Assembly (NCBI GenBank): GCA_964606165.1
Contig: CAZSFQ010000001.1
Coordinates: 74,278-138,277 of the forward strand
Source: an uncultured Mageeibacillus sp.
GTDB lineage: Bacteria > Bacillota > Clostridia > Saccharofermentanales > DTU023
Length of the DNA stretch: 64,000 bases
Direction: 5' to 3'
Under the pieces are notes generated by a model. The model made no database searches, was not told where the DNA came from, and worked only from the letters and a program-made list of their open reading frames with translations. Of this stretch, positions 34,877 to 45,247 are shown piece by piece (position 1 is the stretch's first letter; every line of letters starts with the position of its first letter). Both the position numbers and the translations under genes were made by a program.

Positions 34877-36274
34877 CTAAAGGTCGCGGAGCAAGGCTTC
34901 GGTCTCTTTGGCACCGAGATTGATCTCGGCCGCCATGTAAAGGATCTCTTCCCCGGACCACTGGTCACGGCCTTCCGCCATCCGGCGCAGCGCGGACAGC
35001 CTCAGTCGCCCCATGTCATAATCGCGGACGCGGATCATGGAGGGGTGGGACGGAAGCACGATGGACTGTCCGGCGATCTCTTCCTCCGGGTCACCAAAGT
35101 AAATATCAATCCCGTTTTGCCTTGCGAATGTCAGCTGGGGCATGGGGTGCTTGCCCGCGCCTGTGTATTCGGTCTCCTGGACAACAATGGTCTGGTTTTC
35201 AGGCAGTTCACGCGAAAGCGCGAAGGCTGCCGCCAGTGATGTATTCCCGGCAGGTCCCCGCTCGATCCCCTCCAGGGATGCCAGCATCTCCGTAGTGTAG
35301 AAAACCTCACCCTGCTTAACCAACAGATAGCGGTCAATGTAGCGGAGCGCCCGTGCTGCATTGCGCGGCACATCCGAACGGTCAGGCAGGGAGGCAAAGG
35401 GGATGCCGAATCCCGTATGACCTGTGGTAAAGGATTTACGGTTGAAGTCGCGGTCGGATGCCATGGACAGGCCGGAAAGATCAACGCTGGCAGCGTATAC
35501 CCTGGTATCCTTCAAGCCCGCCTTGATCAGACCGCGGGCGGTCCCGGTCAGGTTGCCGCCCCCTGCGTGGGTCACCATGACGATTTCGGGCACGAGATCA
35601 TAGTCCTCGCGGCATTGCCGGGCAATCTCGACTCCCAGGGTCTCAATCCCCGCGATGGCTGAGGGGGAGTAAAGGGAGGCATTGTAGAAACCGGTTTCCT
35701 CAAGCAGGCTGAGCGCGTAGTAGAAAAGTTCCGGTCCTACGGTCATCTGGATAACCTCGGCCCCCAGGGCTTCACATTTGCGCTGTTTTTCCAGAATCTC
35801 CGGCTGCCCCTTGATCCCGCTGTCGTAACACTCCTGGATGACGATGCACTTGAGCCCCAGCCGGGCGGCCATGCTGGCAACCGCGGCGCCGTAGTTGCCG
35901 GATGTCGCGGCAATGACGCCCTCATAGCCCTTGCGCCTGGCGTCCCAGACAGAAAGAGCTGCCCGGCGCGCCTTGAAGCTTCCCGAAGGGTTGGCGGCCT
36001 CATCCTTGACCAGGATGCGGGCGCCATAGCCCGGTTTGGCAAGTTTTCTTGCCAGGTCTGTGATATTTTTCATATCCATGAGCGGCGTATTGCCGACGCC
36101 CATGTCTTTTTGGATCCTGGCCACTTCATCGACCGTGATTCCCACATCCGCCATCATGGCCTCGTAGTCAAAGACGATGCCACCGCCTTCATAGTCGCTG
36201 TAATCGATCCCCAGGGCCTTGCCCATGATCTCATTTTGTCTGGCCATGACGGCTTCATAAGTCATATCTTTCAT
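34877..36274 (-). CDS. ortB: 2-amino-4-oxopentanoate thiolase beta subunit
   Basis: GVGNTPL, KDEAANPSGSFKARRA, ATSGNYGAAVA, THAGGGN, DRSDVPRNAARALRY and QETEYTGAGKH. Confidence 0.93.
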   Translation of the reverse strand: MKDMTYEAVMARQNEIMGKALGIDYSDYEGGGIVFDYEAMMADVGITVDEVARIQKDMGVGNTPLMDMKNITDLARKLAKPGYGARILVKDEAANPSGSFKARRAALSVWDARRKGYEGVIAATSGNYGAAVASMAARLGLKCIVIQECYDSGIKGQPEILEKQRKCEALGAEVIQMTVGPELFYYALSLLEETGFYNASLYSPSAIAGIETLGVEIARQCREDYDLVPEIVMVTHAGGGNLTGTARGLIKAGLKDTRVYAASVDLSGLSMASDRDFNRKSFTTGHTGFGIPFASLPDRSDVPRNAARALRYIDRYLLVKQGEVFYTTEMLASLEGIERGPAGNTSLAAAFALSRELPENQTIVVQETEYTGAGKHPMPQLTFARQNGIDIYFGDPEEEIAGQSIVLPSHPSMIRVRDYDMGRLRLSALRRMAEGRDQWSGEEILYMAAEINLGAKETEALLRDL

Positions 36275-37635
36275 CGGCCGTCACCTCCAAACAGCATGTC
36301 CCGGACCTGCTGGTGAATGACCTGCAGTTCGGGAATGTAGTCACCATAATCATGCGACGGCGCGAGGTCTCGGCTGGTCAGGCTGCCTTCAACCGTGCGG
36401 CCGCTCATGGTTTGCACGCGGACACGCTCCCCTGCCTTGGCCGCCTCAAGGAGCCAGCCTTTTGTAAAGGCGATCAGGGGCGTCTTGGCTGTGTCCTCAG
36501 GAACCTGAGGCGCCCGCTGCCCGACAGGGAGAACAGTCTCCTGGATGACGGCGTAATCGCCCTTCCTGAAATCTGTCTTTCTGTCTCGATCCAGCTGCTC
36601 GGCATAGTTGCCTAAAATCGCTCTTGGCACGGGCAGGTCCAGCATGGAACGCAGGCCCGGTTTGGCGGAGAGCACATGGGGAATCATATTGACTACCATG
36701 GCGATGGTTCCGATCCCGCCCGGCGTCTCGGGGACGATGGACAGGTTCATATCGTAGCCGTCGGCGTGAATGGTGACGTAATCACCGGTATTGACCCCTT
36801 CATCCTCGGGGCAGATCTGCTGCGGGTGATCGAGATGGATGAAAACCTTGCCATCCGCCGTCCGTCCGTAGCTCTGCTGGCGGATACCGGCCAGATGGCC
36901 TTTTTTCGCCTCCCCGTAGGCCGATTTTCGGTCGACATTGGTAATGATTGGTTCCCGGGTCTGCTCGATGCTGGTCAGTTCGACTCCCATGCCGGCGGCG
37001 ATCATTTCCATGGACTCTGGGAAACCAACGTGGCCGGCCAGGCTGTCTTCAGCGATGCGGCGGTCGAACTCCTCCACGGGAATACCGACACCCTGCTCCT
37101 CCATGACCGCCTTGCCGAAGGGAGCCAGGTCATTGATCCGCGCCGCGTCGATCGATTCGACGTGTTCACAGGTCCCGCTCACAGCCAGGATCAGGTAGTC
37201 GAGGACGAAGCCGGGGTTGATCCCCGTGCCAAGCACCGCCACCTTGCGCTGTCTGGCCAGGGCGTCGATCCTGTCCGACATTTCTTTATTCTGGGCCCAG
37301 GGCCAGGCCATCTCCTCAGCGGTTGAGATAATATGGACACCCTGCTCCAGGCAGAAGATGAGTTTGTCATACTGGGCTTCGACAAAGGAGTCGGTCGCCA
37401 GGATAACGATATCGCAAAGGTCATTACGGACAACCTCGGTGATGTCACCGGTGATGATGACGGGCGGCCGGTCCCCCCGCTCAATGCCCAGATACGAATA
37501 GACTTCCTGACCGATGAGTTTGTCCCACCGGTCGCAAACACCGGAGATGACAAGCCCCTCCTTGGAGGCGATCATCTTTCCGATGCCGCTGCCCATGGCG
37601 CCGAAACCCCACAAGGCCACCCTGATATCCCGCAT
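36271..37635 (-). CDS. ord: 2,4-diaminopentanoate dehydrogenase fused to the AKP-thiolase alpha subunit (Ord-OrtA)
   Basis: N-terminal WGFGAMGSG, STAEE, LGTGINPGF and GGIGTIAMVVNMIP (Ord); the C-terminal ~100 aa KGDYAVI...RAPQVPEDT.KTPL...KGWL...GRTVEG...HDYGDYIPEL is OrtA-like; single ORF. Confidence 0.9.
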   Translation of the reverse strand: MRDIRVALWGFGAMGSGIGKMIASKEGLVISGVCDRWDKLIGQEVYSYLGIERGDRPPVIITGDITEVVRNDLCDIVILATDSFVEAQYDKLIFCLEQGVHIISTAEEMAWPWAQNKEMSDRIDALARQRKVAVLGTGINPGFVLDYLILAVSGTCEHVESIDAARINDLAPFGKAVMEEQGVGIPVEEFDRRIAEDSLAGHVGFPESMEMIAAGMGVELTSIEQTREPIITNVDRKSAYGEAKKGHLAGIRQQSYGRTADGKVFIHLDHPQQICPEDEGVNTGDYVTIHADGYDMNLSIVPETPGGIGTIAMVVNMIPHVLSAKPGLRSMLDLPVPRAILGNYAEQLDRDRKTDFRKGDYAVIQETVLPVGQRAPQVPEDTAKTPLIAFTKGWLLEAAKAGERVRVQTMSGRTVEGSLTSRDLAPSHDYGDYIPELQVIHQQVRDMLFGGDGR

Positions 37636-37688
37636 ATGCTACCCTCCTCCCTCCTGGCAACTGGTGCCTGCTTGGTGCTGAACGAATA

Positions 37689-38609
37689 TTACAAACTGAT
37701 GTGTGTCCCTGTTTTCCCCGCGATCCCGTCCCGGGCGCGTTCCAGTGAGGTGATCAGGGCGGTGCGGCCCTTGCCGGACTTGGCGAAGGCAACGCTGGCC
37801 TCCACTTTCGGCAGCATGGACCCGGGCGCGAAGTGCCCTTCTTTCATGTATTGTTCCATTTCGGCGGCCGTGACGCGGTCCAGCCACTTCTCCTGCGGCT
37901 TGCCGTAATGCAGGGCCACTTTTTCAACGGCTGTCAAAATGATCAGATAATCGGCGTCGACAATCTCCGCCAGTATTTCTGAAGCGAAATCCTTGTCAAT
38001 GACGGCGGCCACACCTTCCAGATGATCTCCTTCACGAACCACGGGGATGCCCCCGCCGCCAACTGTGATGACGACCTGACCGTCACGGATCAGGGCGTTA
38101 ACCGTCCGGTCTTCAACCACAGCGACCGGTTTCGGTGAAGCGACCACGCGGCGGTAACCGCGTCCGGCATCCTCTTTCATGATGAAGCCGGTTTTCTCCG
38201 CGATCTGCTCCGCTTCTTCCTTGCTGTAAAAGGAGCCGATCGGCTTGGTCGGATCCTGGAAGGCGGGATCATTTTTGTCCACCACAACCTGGGTCACAAC
38301 GGTCGCGACGGGCCTGTCCAGGCCGCGCGACAGCAGCTCCTCGCGGAGCGCGTTTTGAAGGTGGTAGCCGATGTAGCCCTGGCTCATGGCACCGCATTCC
38401 GGAAAGGGCATGGCCGGGACCACGCCGCTGTCAAAGGCCAGGTTGATCATGCCAACCTGCGGTCCGTTGCCGTGGGCCAGGACAAGTTCATGCCCCTCGG
38501 CGATTAAGTCCGCGAGGGGGACGGCCGTCTGGCGTACAAGTTGGCGCTGTTCCTGCGCTGTATTGCCAAGGGCGTTGCCACCCAGGGCGACGACGATACG
38601 TTTTTTCAC
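37689..38609 (-). CDS. arcC: Carbamate kinase
   Basis: VALGGNAL, HGNGPQVG, SQGYIGY, DPTKPIG, GRGYRRVVASP, VIDKD and GSMLPKV. Confidence 0.95.
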   Translation of the reverse strand: MKKRIVVALGGNALGNTAQEQRQLVRQTAVPLADLIAEGHELVLAHGNGPQVGMINLAFDSGVVPAMPFPECGAMSQGYIGYHLQNALREELLSRGLDRPVATVVTQVVVDKNDPAFQDPTKPIGSFYSKEEAEQIAEKTGFIMKEDAGRGYRRVVASPKPVAVVEDRTVNALIRDGQVVITVGGGGIPVVREGDHLEGVAAVIDKDFASEILAEIVDADYLIILTAVEKVALHYGKPQEKWLDRVTAAEMEQYMKEGHFAPGSMLPKVEASVAFAKSGKGRTALITSLERARDGIAGKTGTHISL

Positions 38610-38653
38610 AAAGTGCCTCCGTGGTTAAGTATTTAACACTTGCCGTGTTTTTA

Positions 38654-39649
38654 TCAGCGGCCGATTGTGGCGACCATGATCGCCTTAATCGAGTGTAAAC
38701 GGTTTTCGGCCTGGTCAAAGACGCGGGAGTGCTTGCTGCGGAAAACTTCATCCGAACACTCCATGGCGGTCAGGCCGTATTCCTCATGTATCTGTCTGCC
38801 GATGCTCGTATTGAGGTCGTGGAAAGCCGGCAGGCAGTGAAGGAAGATGACGTCGGTGTTGCCGGTCATCTCCACCATTTTCATATTGACCTGGTAATCC
38901 CTCAGCTGGCGGATCCGCTCCTCGAACATGGCCTCTTCGCCCATGGAGACCCAGACATCGGTGTAAAGGACATCAGCGCCTTTGACAATGTCGAGGCTTT
39001 CAGAGCATTCGATGCTGCCACCCGTTTCTTTCGCCACAAGCTTCATCTCCGCGATAAGCCCCTCATCGGGCCACAGCCCGCGTGGCGCGAAGGCGGCAAA
39101 ATCCATACCCAGCTTGGCGCAGCCGATCATGAGCGAGTTGCCCATGTTGTTGCGGGCGTCGCCGGCGTAAACCAGTTTGACCCGGTTGAGGGGTTTCGGC
39201 ACGTACTCGCGGATGGTCATCATGTCGGCCAGGATCTGCGTCGGATGGTAAAGATCCGTCAGCCCGTTCCAGACCGGCACGCCGGCGTGGGCGGCCAGCT
39301 CTTCCACCGTTTCCTGGGCAAAGCCCCTGAACTCAATTCCGTCATAAAAACGGCCCAGTACCCTGGCCGTGTCCTCGACCGATTCCTTCTTGTTCATCTG
39401 CGAATCGCCGGAACCCAGGAAGGTGACCCCAGCCCCTTCGTCCATGGCCGCCACCTCAAATGCGCAGCGCGTCCTGGTCGAGGTTTTTTCGAAAAGAAGG
39501 ACAACGTTTTTACCCTTGAGCAGATCACCGGGAATGCCAAGCCTCTTTTTCGTCTTCAGCTCGGACGCCAGGTCGAGAAGCCATCGGATTTCATCGGATG
39601 AGAAGTCTTTTAGCGTGAGAAAATGCCTGCCTTTTAAACTGATGGCCAT
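38654..39649 (-). CDS. arcB: Catabolic ornithine carbamoyltransferase
   Basis: FEKTSTRTRCAFE, WNGLTDLYHPTQ, YTDVWVSMGE, FLHCLP and AENRLH. Confidence 0.95.
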   Translation of the reverse strand: MAISLKGRHFLTLKDFSSDEIRWLLDLASELKTKKRLGIPGDLLKGKNVVLLFEKTSTRTRCAFEVAAMDEGAGVTFLGSGDSQMNKKESVEDTARVLGRFYDGIEFRGFAQETVEELAAHAGVPVWNGLTDLYHPTQILADMMTIREYVPKPLNRVKLVYAGDARNNMGNSLMIGCAKLGMDFAAFAPRGLWPDEGLIAEMKLVAKETGGSIECSESLDIVKGADVLYTDVWVSMGEEAMFEERIRQLRDYQVNMKMVEMTGNTDVIFLHCLPAFHDLNTSIGRQIHEEYGLTAMECSDEVFRSKHSRVFDQAENRLHSIKAIMVATIGR

Positions 39650-39682
39650 GAATAATCTCCTTTATTTTTGCTAGCCGCCATA

Positions 39683-39711
39683 AGACTAGCCCATAAATAA
39701 AAATAATACAA
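39683..39711 (-). promoter_or_regulatory. Putative internal promoter upstream of arcB
   Basis: TTGTAT-17 bp-TAGTCT in an AT-rich patch ~35 nt before the arcB start. Confidence 0.45.
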
Positions 39712-39991
39712 TTTACGCGCACCAGCGCGTCCCGCGCACTTTTGCCGCTTGCGACCCGGTTGATCCAAGCGGGTCATCGGCGGCCATCTTCCGGGCTTGT
39801 CTTCCTGGTCAAATTCCAGTGCCTTGCCCAAGTCGTGGATATTGGCGATGATCTTGAAAATGATCCTGGCCGGCAGATCAAATGGATATTTCCCCAAAAT
39901 GGGTTCACCATAAATAAAGGAGACAGCTCTGCCTGATCCGGAAAGGGAGGGGCAGGTAAATCCAGCGGTCAAGGCGCGTTTTGAGGACTGC

Positions 39992-41212
39992 CTAGCCGAT
40001 GTCTTCCCGCCACAGGGGCTGGGTCATGCATCGCGGGCCGCCGCGTCCCCGGGACAATTCGGACGACACAATTTCATGGACTTTTACGCCCGCTTCCCGA
40101 AGCAGGCGGTTAGTGACCCGGTTTCGGTCATAGGCAATCACTTCGCCTGGCGCGATGGCCAGGGAATTGGCGCCGTCATTCCATTGTTCGCGCTGCGAAT
40201 CAATCCGGCTCCCCCCGCCGCAGCGGATCAGCTCCACCTCGTTCAAGCGCAGGTAGGTTTTGAGAATGGACGACAGGTTATTTCCAAGATTCTTGATCCG
40301 CAGCTCCTCCCGCGCGTTGACCGTAATGTCGTAGAGTTCCAAAGGCCCCTCGATCTCGGGATGGATGGTAAAGATATCGCGGTCGACCATGGTGAAGACC
40401 GTGTCCAGGTGCATGAAGGCCCTGCGCTCTGGAATCATGAAAACCAGGACATGGCGGAAACCGTCACCAGCTGTCAGAACGCGCTGAGCCAGGGTCTTGA
40501 CCGCCGCTGTTTCCGTTCGCTGGGAGACACCGACAGCCAGGACTTCGCTGGAGAGGATGAGGATGTCGCCCCCCTCCAGGGTGGCGTTTTCCCCGCGGCT
40601 GAAATAGAGGGGGACCTGCTCAAACAAGGGATGGTATTTGATGACATAGTGAGGAAGAAGCGATTCACGCTGCCTGGTTTCCGCCCACATACAGTTGACC
40701 GAGACACCGCGGCCGATGACCGACATGGGATCACGTGTGAAGTAGAGATTGGGCATGGGATCGAAGAGCAGCATCTTCTTGCGGTCGAGCAGGTCGAGCG
40801 AGGTTCCGTTATGCCGGTATTCTTCACGTCTCAAGCCGGCCATGACAATGGTGACAAGCTTCTGTATGTCATCCATGGAGAGCAAATACTCATAAAGGTG
40901 CGGCAGGGACGGCAAAAAGACGTGGGCCTCGCTTAGGAATTCGTTGAGGAAGGCCTGGCGGTGTGCGGGATCGGCCAGCACGTCCGCGACAATGTCGTTG
41001 GTATGGTAGACCTCGGCACCCGCTTCTTCCAGGATAGCGACGAACTGATCATGCTCATCACCGGCTGAGACATGGTCGGGAATGTCTTCGAAAAGAAATT
41101 CTTTCATGGTAGGCGGTGTCAGATTGTCCAGTTCGGGGCCCGGTCGGTGAACAATCACACGCCTCAGCTTCCCGATCTCGGAATACACCTTTACGCCGTT
41201 TCGATCAGCCAT
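39992..41212 (-). CDS. arcA: Arginine deiminase
   Basis: VYSEIGKL, HRPG.EL, PMPNLYFTRD, LEGGD, FMHLDTV, EQWNDGAN and ELSRGRGGPRCM. Confidence 0.96.
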   Translation of the reverse strand: MADRNGVKVYSEIGKLRRVIVHRPGPELDNLTPPTMKEFLFEDIPDHVSAGDEHDQFVAILEEAGAEVYHTNDIVADVLADPAHRQAFLNEFLSEAHVFLPSLPHLYEYLLSMDDIQKLVTIVMAGLRREEYRHNGTSLDLLDRKKMLLFDPMPNLYFTRDPMSVIGRGVSVNCMWAETRQRESLLPHYVIKYHPLFEQVPLYFSRGENATLEGGDILILSSEVLAVGVSQRTETAAVKTLAQRVLTAGDGFRHVLVFMIPERRAFMHLDTVFTMVDRDIFTIHPEIEGPLELYDITVNAREELRIKNLGNNLSSILKTYLRLNEVELIRCGGGSRIDSQREQWNDGANSLAIAPGEVIAYDRNRVTNRLLREAGVKVHEIVSSELSRGRGGPRCMTQPLWREDIG

Positions 41213-41309
41213 AAATACCTCCGGTCAATTGGATGCGACTGGAGAGGGATCAAATTAGGAAATACAGGATTTTGTCAAATTCCCCCTCAGACAAATCCCC
41301 TCGCGACTC

Positions 41310-41339
41310 ATTATAAACGTGTCCGGCAGACATTGGCAA
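41310..41339 (-). promoter_or_regulatory. Sigma-A promoter upstream of arcA
   Basis: TTGCCA-18 bp-TATAAT directly after the V-ATPase D stop codon. Confidence 0.65.
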
Positions 41340-41342
41340 CCA

Positions 41343-42032
41343 TCAAAGCTGACTGCGCCGTTCCTCCATATGACGCCGGCGTTTCTCAATCTCCTGCTCA
41401 ACGATCATGTCCTTGACCTTCATCAGCCGGGTCAGGTTGCCGCGCTCATTCTCGTCCATCTTCATGGTAATGGAGCGGATGGTCTCCTCCAGTGAAGGGA
41501 TCATGACATATTCCAGGGAGTTGACCCGGCGCCTGGTCCGTTCGATTTCCGCCGCCATGAGATGGACCTTGTGCTCCAAGGTGGCCAATTTCATCATAAA
41601 AGGCAGCGCTTCGTGAAGGGAATCGACCGCTTGATCCAATTCACCCGTCACTGATGTCAGGCCGTAAGGAAGCGTTATTTTTCTCGCTTTGCCCTCCGGG
41701 TCCTGCGGGAAGAGGATGACCGGGGTCTGAACACTCATGGTGTTCTCGCGGCTGACCGTCACGCATAGTGGATGGCCTTCTGCCATCAGGGCGCCGTCAA
41801 TCAGCAGGGGGCCGTTGACCGCCCGGGCCAGCATCATCTCCTTGTGCGCCCGCTCAATGATTTTTTCTGTTTCGCGCCTTAATTCGTCTACTTCCAGCAC
41901 CAGGGTCAGGAACTGGCGCATCAGTTCGTCGCGTTTATCTTTCAGGAGTTTGTGGCCGCGGCGCGCGACGCGGAGCTGCTCCTTTAAACGGAGCAATTCC
42001 ATACGGTTGGGGTTGACGCGCATAATGGCCAT
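41343..42032 (-). CDS. ntpD: V/A-type ATPase subunit D
   Basis: VNPNRMEL..LK...RGHKLLKDKRD and ERTRRRVNSLEYVMIP. Confidence 0.94.
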   Translation of the reverse strand: MAIMRVNPNRMELLRLKEQLRVARRGHKLLKDKRDELMRQFLTLVLEVDELRRETEKIIERAHKEMMLARAVNGPLLIDGALMAEGHPLCVTVSRENTMSVQTPVILFPQDPEGKARKITLPYGLTSVTGELDQAVDSLHEALPFMMKLATLEHKVHLMAAEIERTRRRVNSLEYVMIPSLEETIRSITMKMDENERGNLTRLMKVKDMIVEQEIEKRRRHMEERRSQL

Positions 42033-43423
42033 TAAGCGTCAACCTCCTCCGGTGTGCCCTCATAATACTGATCGATGTATTCCTGGTGTACCCGCTTCAG
42101 TTCGTTGGCCGGCAGCATGGAAAGGAGCTTCCAGCCGATGGCAAGGGTCTCCTCAATGGAGCGGTCGGCATTAAAGCCCTGGGAGACGTAACTTTCTTCA
42201 AAGGCCACGGAAAAACCGGCGTAGACCAGATCCAGTTCGCTCAAGGCCTCTTCGCCAAGAATAATCTGGAGGTCACGCGCGTCTTTCCCACGCGAATAGG
42301 CAGCAAAAAGCTGGTTCATGGTATCGGCGTGATCAGCCCGTGTCTTGCCTTCACCGATCCCCTTGTCTTTCAAACGCGAAAGTGAGGGCAGCACGTCGAT
42401 GGGCGGCTGGATGCCGCGGCGATGAAGGTCACGCGACAAGATGACCTGGCCTTCCGTGATGTAGCCGGTCAGGTCAGGAATGGGGTGGGTCTTGTCGTCG
42501 TCGGGCATGGTCAGGATGGGAACGAAAGTGATCGAACCCCTGCGATCCTTTATACGTCCGGCCCGCTCATAGATGCTGGCCAGGTCGGTGTAAAGATAGC
42601 CCGGATAGCCGCGCCGGCCCGGGACTTCCTTCCTGGCGGCCGACACCTCGCGAAGGGCCTCGGCATAGTAGGTGATATCGGTCATGAGGACCAGCACGTG
42701 CATGTCAAGGTCATAGGCCAGGTACTCGGCGGCCGTCAAGGCCATGCGGGGGGTGGCGATGCGCTCAATGGCCGGATCATCGGCCAGGTTGATGAACATG
42801 ACGGCGCGGTCAATGGCCCCGGTGCGCCGGAAGTCATTGATGAAAAAGTCAGCTTCCTCAAAGGTAATGCCCATGGCAGCGAAAACCACGGCAAAATCCT
42901 CCTCGCTGTTCAGGACTCCAGCCTGGCGGGCGATCTGGGCGGCCAGTTGGGCGTGGGGCAGTCCGGCGCCCGAGAAGATGGGCAGCTTCTGGCCCCTGAC
43001 CAGGGTATTCAAGCCGTCGATGGCAGAAACCCCTGTCTGGATGAATTCGTTGGGATAGTCGCGGGCGGCCGGGTTGATGGGGGTACCGTTGATGTCACGC
43101 ATGGCTTGGGGGATGATGTCCAGTCCGCCGTCCTTGGGCCGGCCCATGCCGTCAAAGATCCGGCCAAGCAAGTCGGGTGACACGCCGAGCTCGAGCCCGC
43201 GTCCCAAAAACCGGACCGTACTTTTTTCAATATTGAGCCCGATGGAACTTTCAAAAAGCTGGACCAGCGCGTCCGTGCCCTCGATTTCAAGCACCCGGCA
43301 CTGGCGGAGCCTGCCGTCCTCGAGCTCGATTTCCCCCAGCTCGTCAAACTTAACATTCTCGACGCCGCGGACCAGCATCAATGGGCCCGTCACTTCCTCG
43401 ATAGTACGATATTCTCTCGCCAT
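42032..43423 (-). CDS. ntpB: V/A-type ATPase subunit B
   Basis: [45 protein letters not shown] and [10 protein letters not shown]. Confidence 0.96.
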   Translation of the reverse strand: MAREYRTIEEVTGPLMLVRGVENVKFDELGEIELEDGRLRQCRVLEIEGTDALVQLFESSIGLNIEKSTVRFLGRGLELGVSPDLLGRIFDGMGRPKDGGLDIIPQAMRDINGTPINPAARDYPNEFIQTGVSAIDGLNTLVRGQKLPIFSGAGLPHAQLAAQIARQAGVLNSEEDFAVVFAAMGITFEEADFFINDFRRTGAIDRAVMFINLADDPAIERIATPRMALTAAEYLAYDLDMHVLVLMTDITYYAEALREVSAARKEVPGRRGYPGYLYTDLASIYERAGRIKDRRGSITFVPILTMPDDDKTHPIPDLTGYITEGQVILSRDLHRRGIQPPIDVLPSLSRLKDKGIGEGKTRADHADTMNQLFAAYSRGKDARDLQIILGEEALSELDLVYAGFSVAFEESYVSQGFNADRSIEETLAIGWKLLSMLPANELKRVHQEYIDQYYEGTPEEVDA

Positions 43424-43437
43424 TAGACTCTGCCTTC

Positions 43438-45210
43438 CTAGTCAGCCAGCCCGCTCATCTCGGCGAGCAGCTGCTCTTTTCTCAGCTCAAACCAGCGGTC
43501 GACTTCCTGTTCGGGCACGTATTTAAAGCGCGCGATATCGGCCCGGATGGGAAGCTTCATGATGGCCGCGAAATCAGCCGACCGGGCCAGGGCTTTTTGC
43601 GCCTCGTAGTAAAACAGCATAACCAGCGATAACATTTTGTACTGCTTGTTCATGGAGGTGTATGTGTCGATGTCGTCAAATGAGTTCTGGTGGAGGAAGT
43701 CCTCCCGCAAAGACCGCGCAGACTCCAGTTTCAGCCTGTCTGTATCGGACAGGGCGTCCTGGCCGATCAGGCGGACGATCTCTTCCAGCTCGGACTCCTC
43801 CTGCAGGAGGGTCATGGCGTCCAGCCTGGTCCGGCTGAAATCGGGAGCGACCTGGTCATTCAGCCAGTTGTCGATTTTTGTCTGATAGAGCGAATAGCTG
43901 GTCAGCCAGTTGATGGCAGGGAAGTGACGCCTGTAAGCCAGATTGGAGTCCAAACTCCAGAAAACCTGGACAATCCTCAAGGTCGACTGGGCCACCGGGT
44001 CGGACAGGTCACCGCCCGGGGGAGAGACAGCGCCGATGGCTGTCAATATGCCGACGCGATCTTCCCCGTCCCCGCAAAGGCAATGGACCATGCCCGCGCG
44101 TTCATAAAAACCAGCCAGCCGCGATCCCAGATAGGCCGGATAGCCCTCCTCTCCCGGCATCTCCTCGAGCCGTCCCGACATCTCACGCAGTGCCTCGGCC
44201 CAGCGTGAAGTCGAATCAGCCATAAGAGAAACAGAATAGCCCATGTCACGAAAATATTCCGCGATGGTGATCCCCGTGTAGATGGAGGCCTCACGCGCGG
44301 CCACAGGCATGTCGGAGGTATTGGCAATCAGGATGGTCCGTTTCATCAGGGGGTAACCTGACTTGGGATCTTTCAGCTGGGGAAATTCCATGAGGACATC
44401 GGTCATTTCGTTGCCGCGCTCGCCGCAGCCGATGTAGACGACCACGTCAGCCTGGGCCCATTTTGCCAGCTGGTGCTGGATGACCGTCTTGCCGCTCCCG
44501 AAAGGACCCGGCACAGCCGCTGTCCCGCCCTGGGCGACAGGGAAGAAGGTATCGATGGGGCGCTGTCCCGTGATCAGCGGCTCGACCGGGGAAATCTTCT
44601 CGCGGTAGGGCCGGCCGATGCGGACGGGCCAGCGCTGGATCAGGGTGATCTCGACGCGGCCGGCCCGGTCATCTTCGAGCACGGCCACGACATCCGTGAC
44701 CTTGAAGCTGCCCGCTTTGATCTCCCTGAGGATGCCGGACCGGCCGGGAGCCACCATGACGCGGTGCTCCATCAGCTCAGTTTCGGGCACGACACCGATG
44801 ATGTCGCCTCCCGTGACCCGGTCACCTTCTTTTTTGACCGGCTTGAATTCCCATACCTTGTCACGGTTCAGGGCAGGCGCGAAGGCGCCACGCGTAATCC
44901 GGTCACCCTCCATGTCAACCAGGACGTCGAGGGGGCGCTGAATCCCGTCAAAGATCTCTCCGATCAGGCCGGGACCCAGCTCAACCGACAAGGGGGTCCC
45001 GCGCGAGACGACACTTTCGCCCGGACCCAGGCCCGCTGTTTCCTCATAGACCTGGATCGACGCCTCGTCGCCGTGCATTTCGATGATTTCGCCGATCAAC
45101 CGCTTTTCCGATACTTCAACGACATCGAACATGTCGGCGTCACGCATTCCTTTCGCGACGACCAGGGGGCCGGATACCTTGACGATTTCTCCCTGACTTC
45201 TTCTATCCAT
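43438..45210 (-). CDS. ntpA: V/A-type ATPase catalytic subunit A
   Basis: P-loop [39 protein letters not shown] and YPAYL. Confidence 0.96.
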   Translation of the reverse strand: MDRRSQGEIVKVSGPLVVAKGMRDADMFDVVEVSEKRLIGEIIEMHGDEASIQVYEETAGLGPGESVVSRGTPLSVELGPGLIGEIFDGIQRPLDVLVDMEGDRITRGAFAPALNRDKVWEFKPVKKEGDRVTGGDIIGVVPETELMEHRVMVAPGRSGILREIKAGSFKVTDVVAVLEDDRAGRVEITLIQRWPVRIGRPYREKISPVEPLITGQRPIDTFFPVAQGGTAAVPGPFGSGKTVIQHQLAKWAQADVVVYIGCGERGNEMTDVLMEFPQLKDPKSGYPLMKRTILIANTSDMPVAAREASIYTGITIAEYFRDMGYSVSLMADSTSRWAEALREMSGRLEEMPGEEGYPAYLGSRLAGFYERAGMVHCLCGDGEDRVGILTAIGAVSPPGGDLSDPVAQSTLRIVQVFWSLDSNLAYRRHFPAINWLTSYSLYQTKIDNWLNDQVAPDFSRTRLDAMTLLQEESELEEIVRLIGQDALSDTDRLKLESARSLREDFLHQNSFDDIDTYTSMNKQYKMLSLVMLFYYEAQKALARSADFAAIMKLPIRADIARFKYVPEQEVDRWFELRKEQLLAEMSGLAD

Positions 45211-45247
45211 GGAATCTCTCCCTTTATCTGCTGCTCACTGTTAAAAC

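Noticed and set aside
39690-39715. ARG box over the arcB promoter
   Set aside because: Only one weak half-site (TGTAT) in a generally AT-rich patch.
28622-41212. Selenocysteine/pyrrolysine read-through or programmed frameshifts in the amino-acid fermentation genes
   Set aside because: All ORFs are full length with conserved termini; no in-frame TGA or TAG interrupts a domain.
41250-41300. CodY or ArgR box in the arcA leader (GGATTTGTC...GACAAAATCC)
   Set aside because: Too many mismatches to AATTTTCWGAAAATT or the ARG consensus; it remains just an imperfect inverted repeat.
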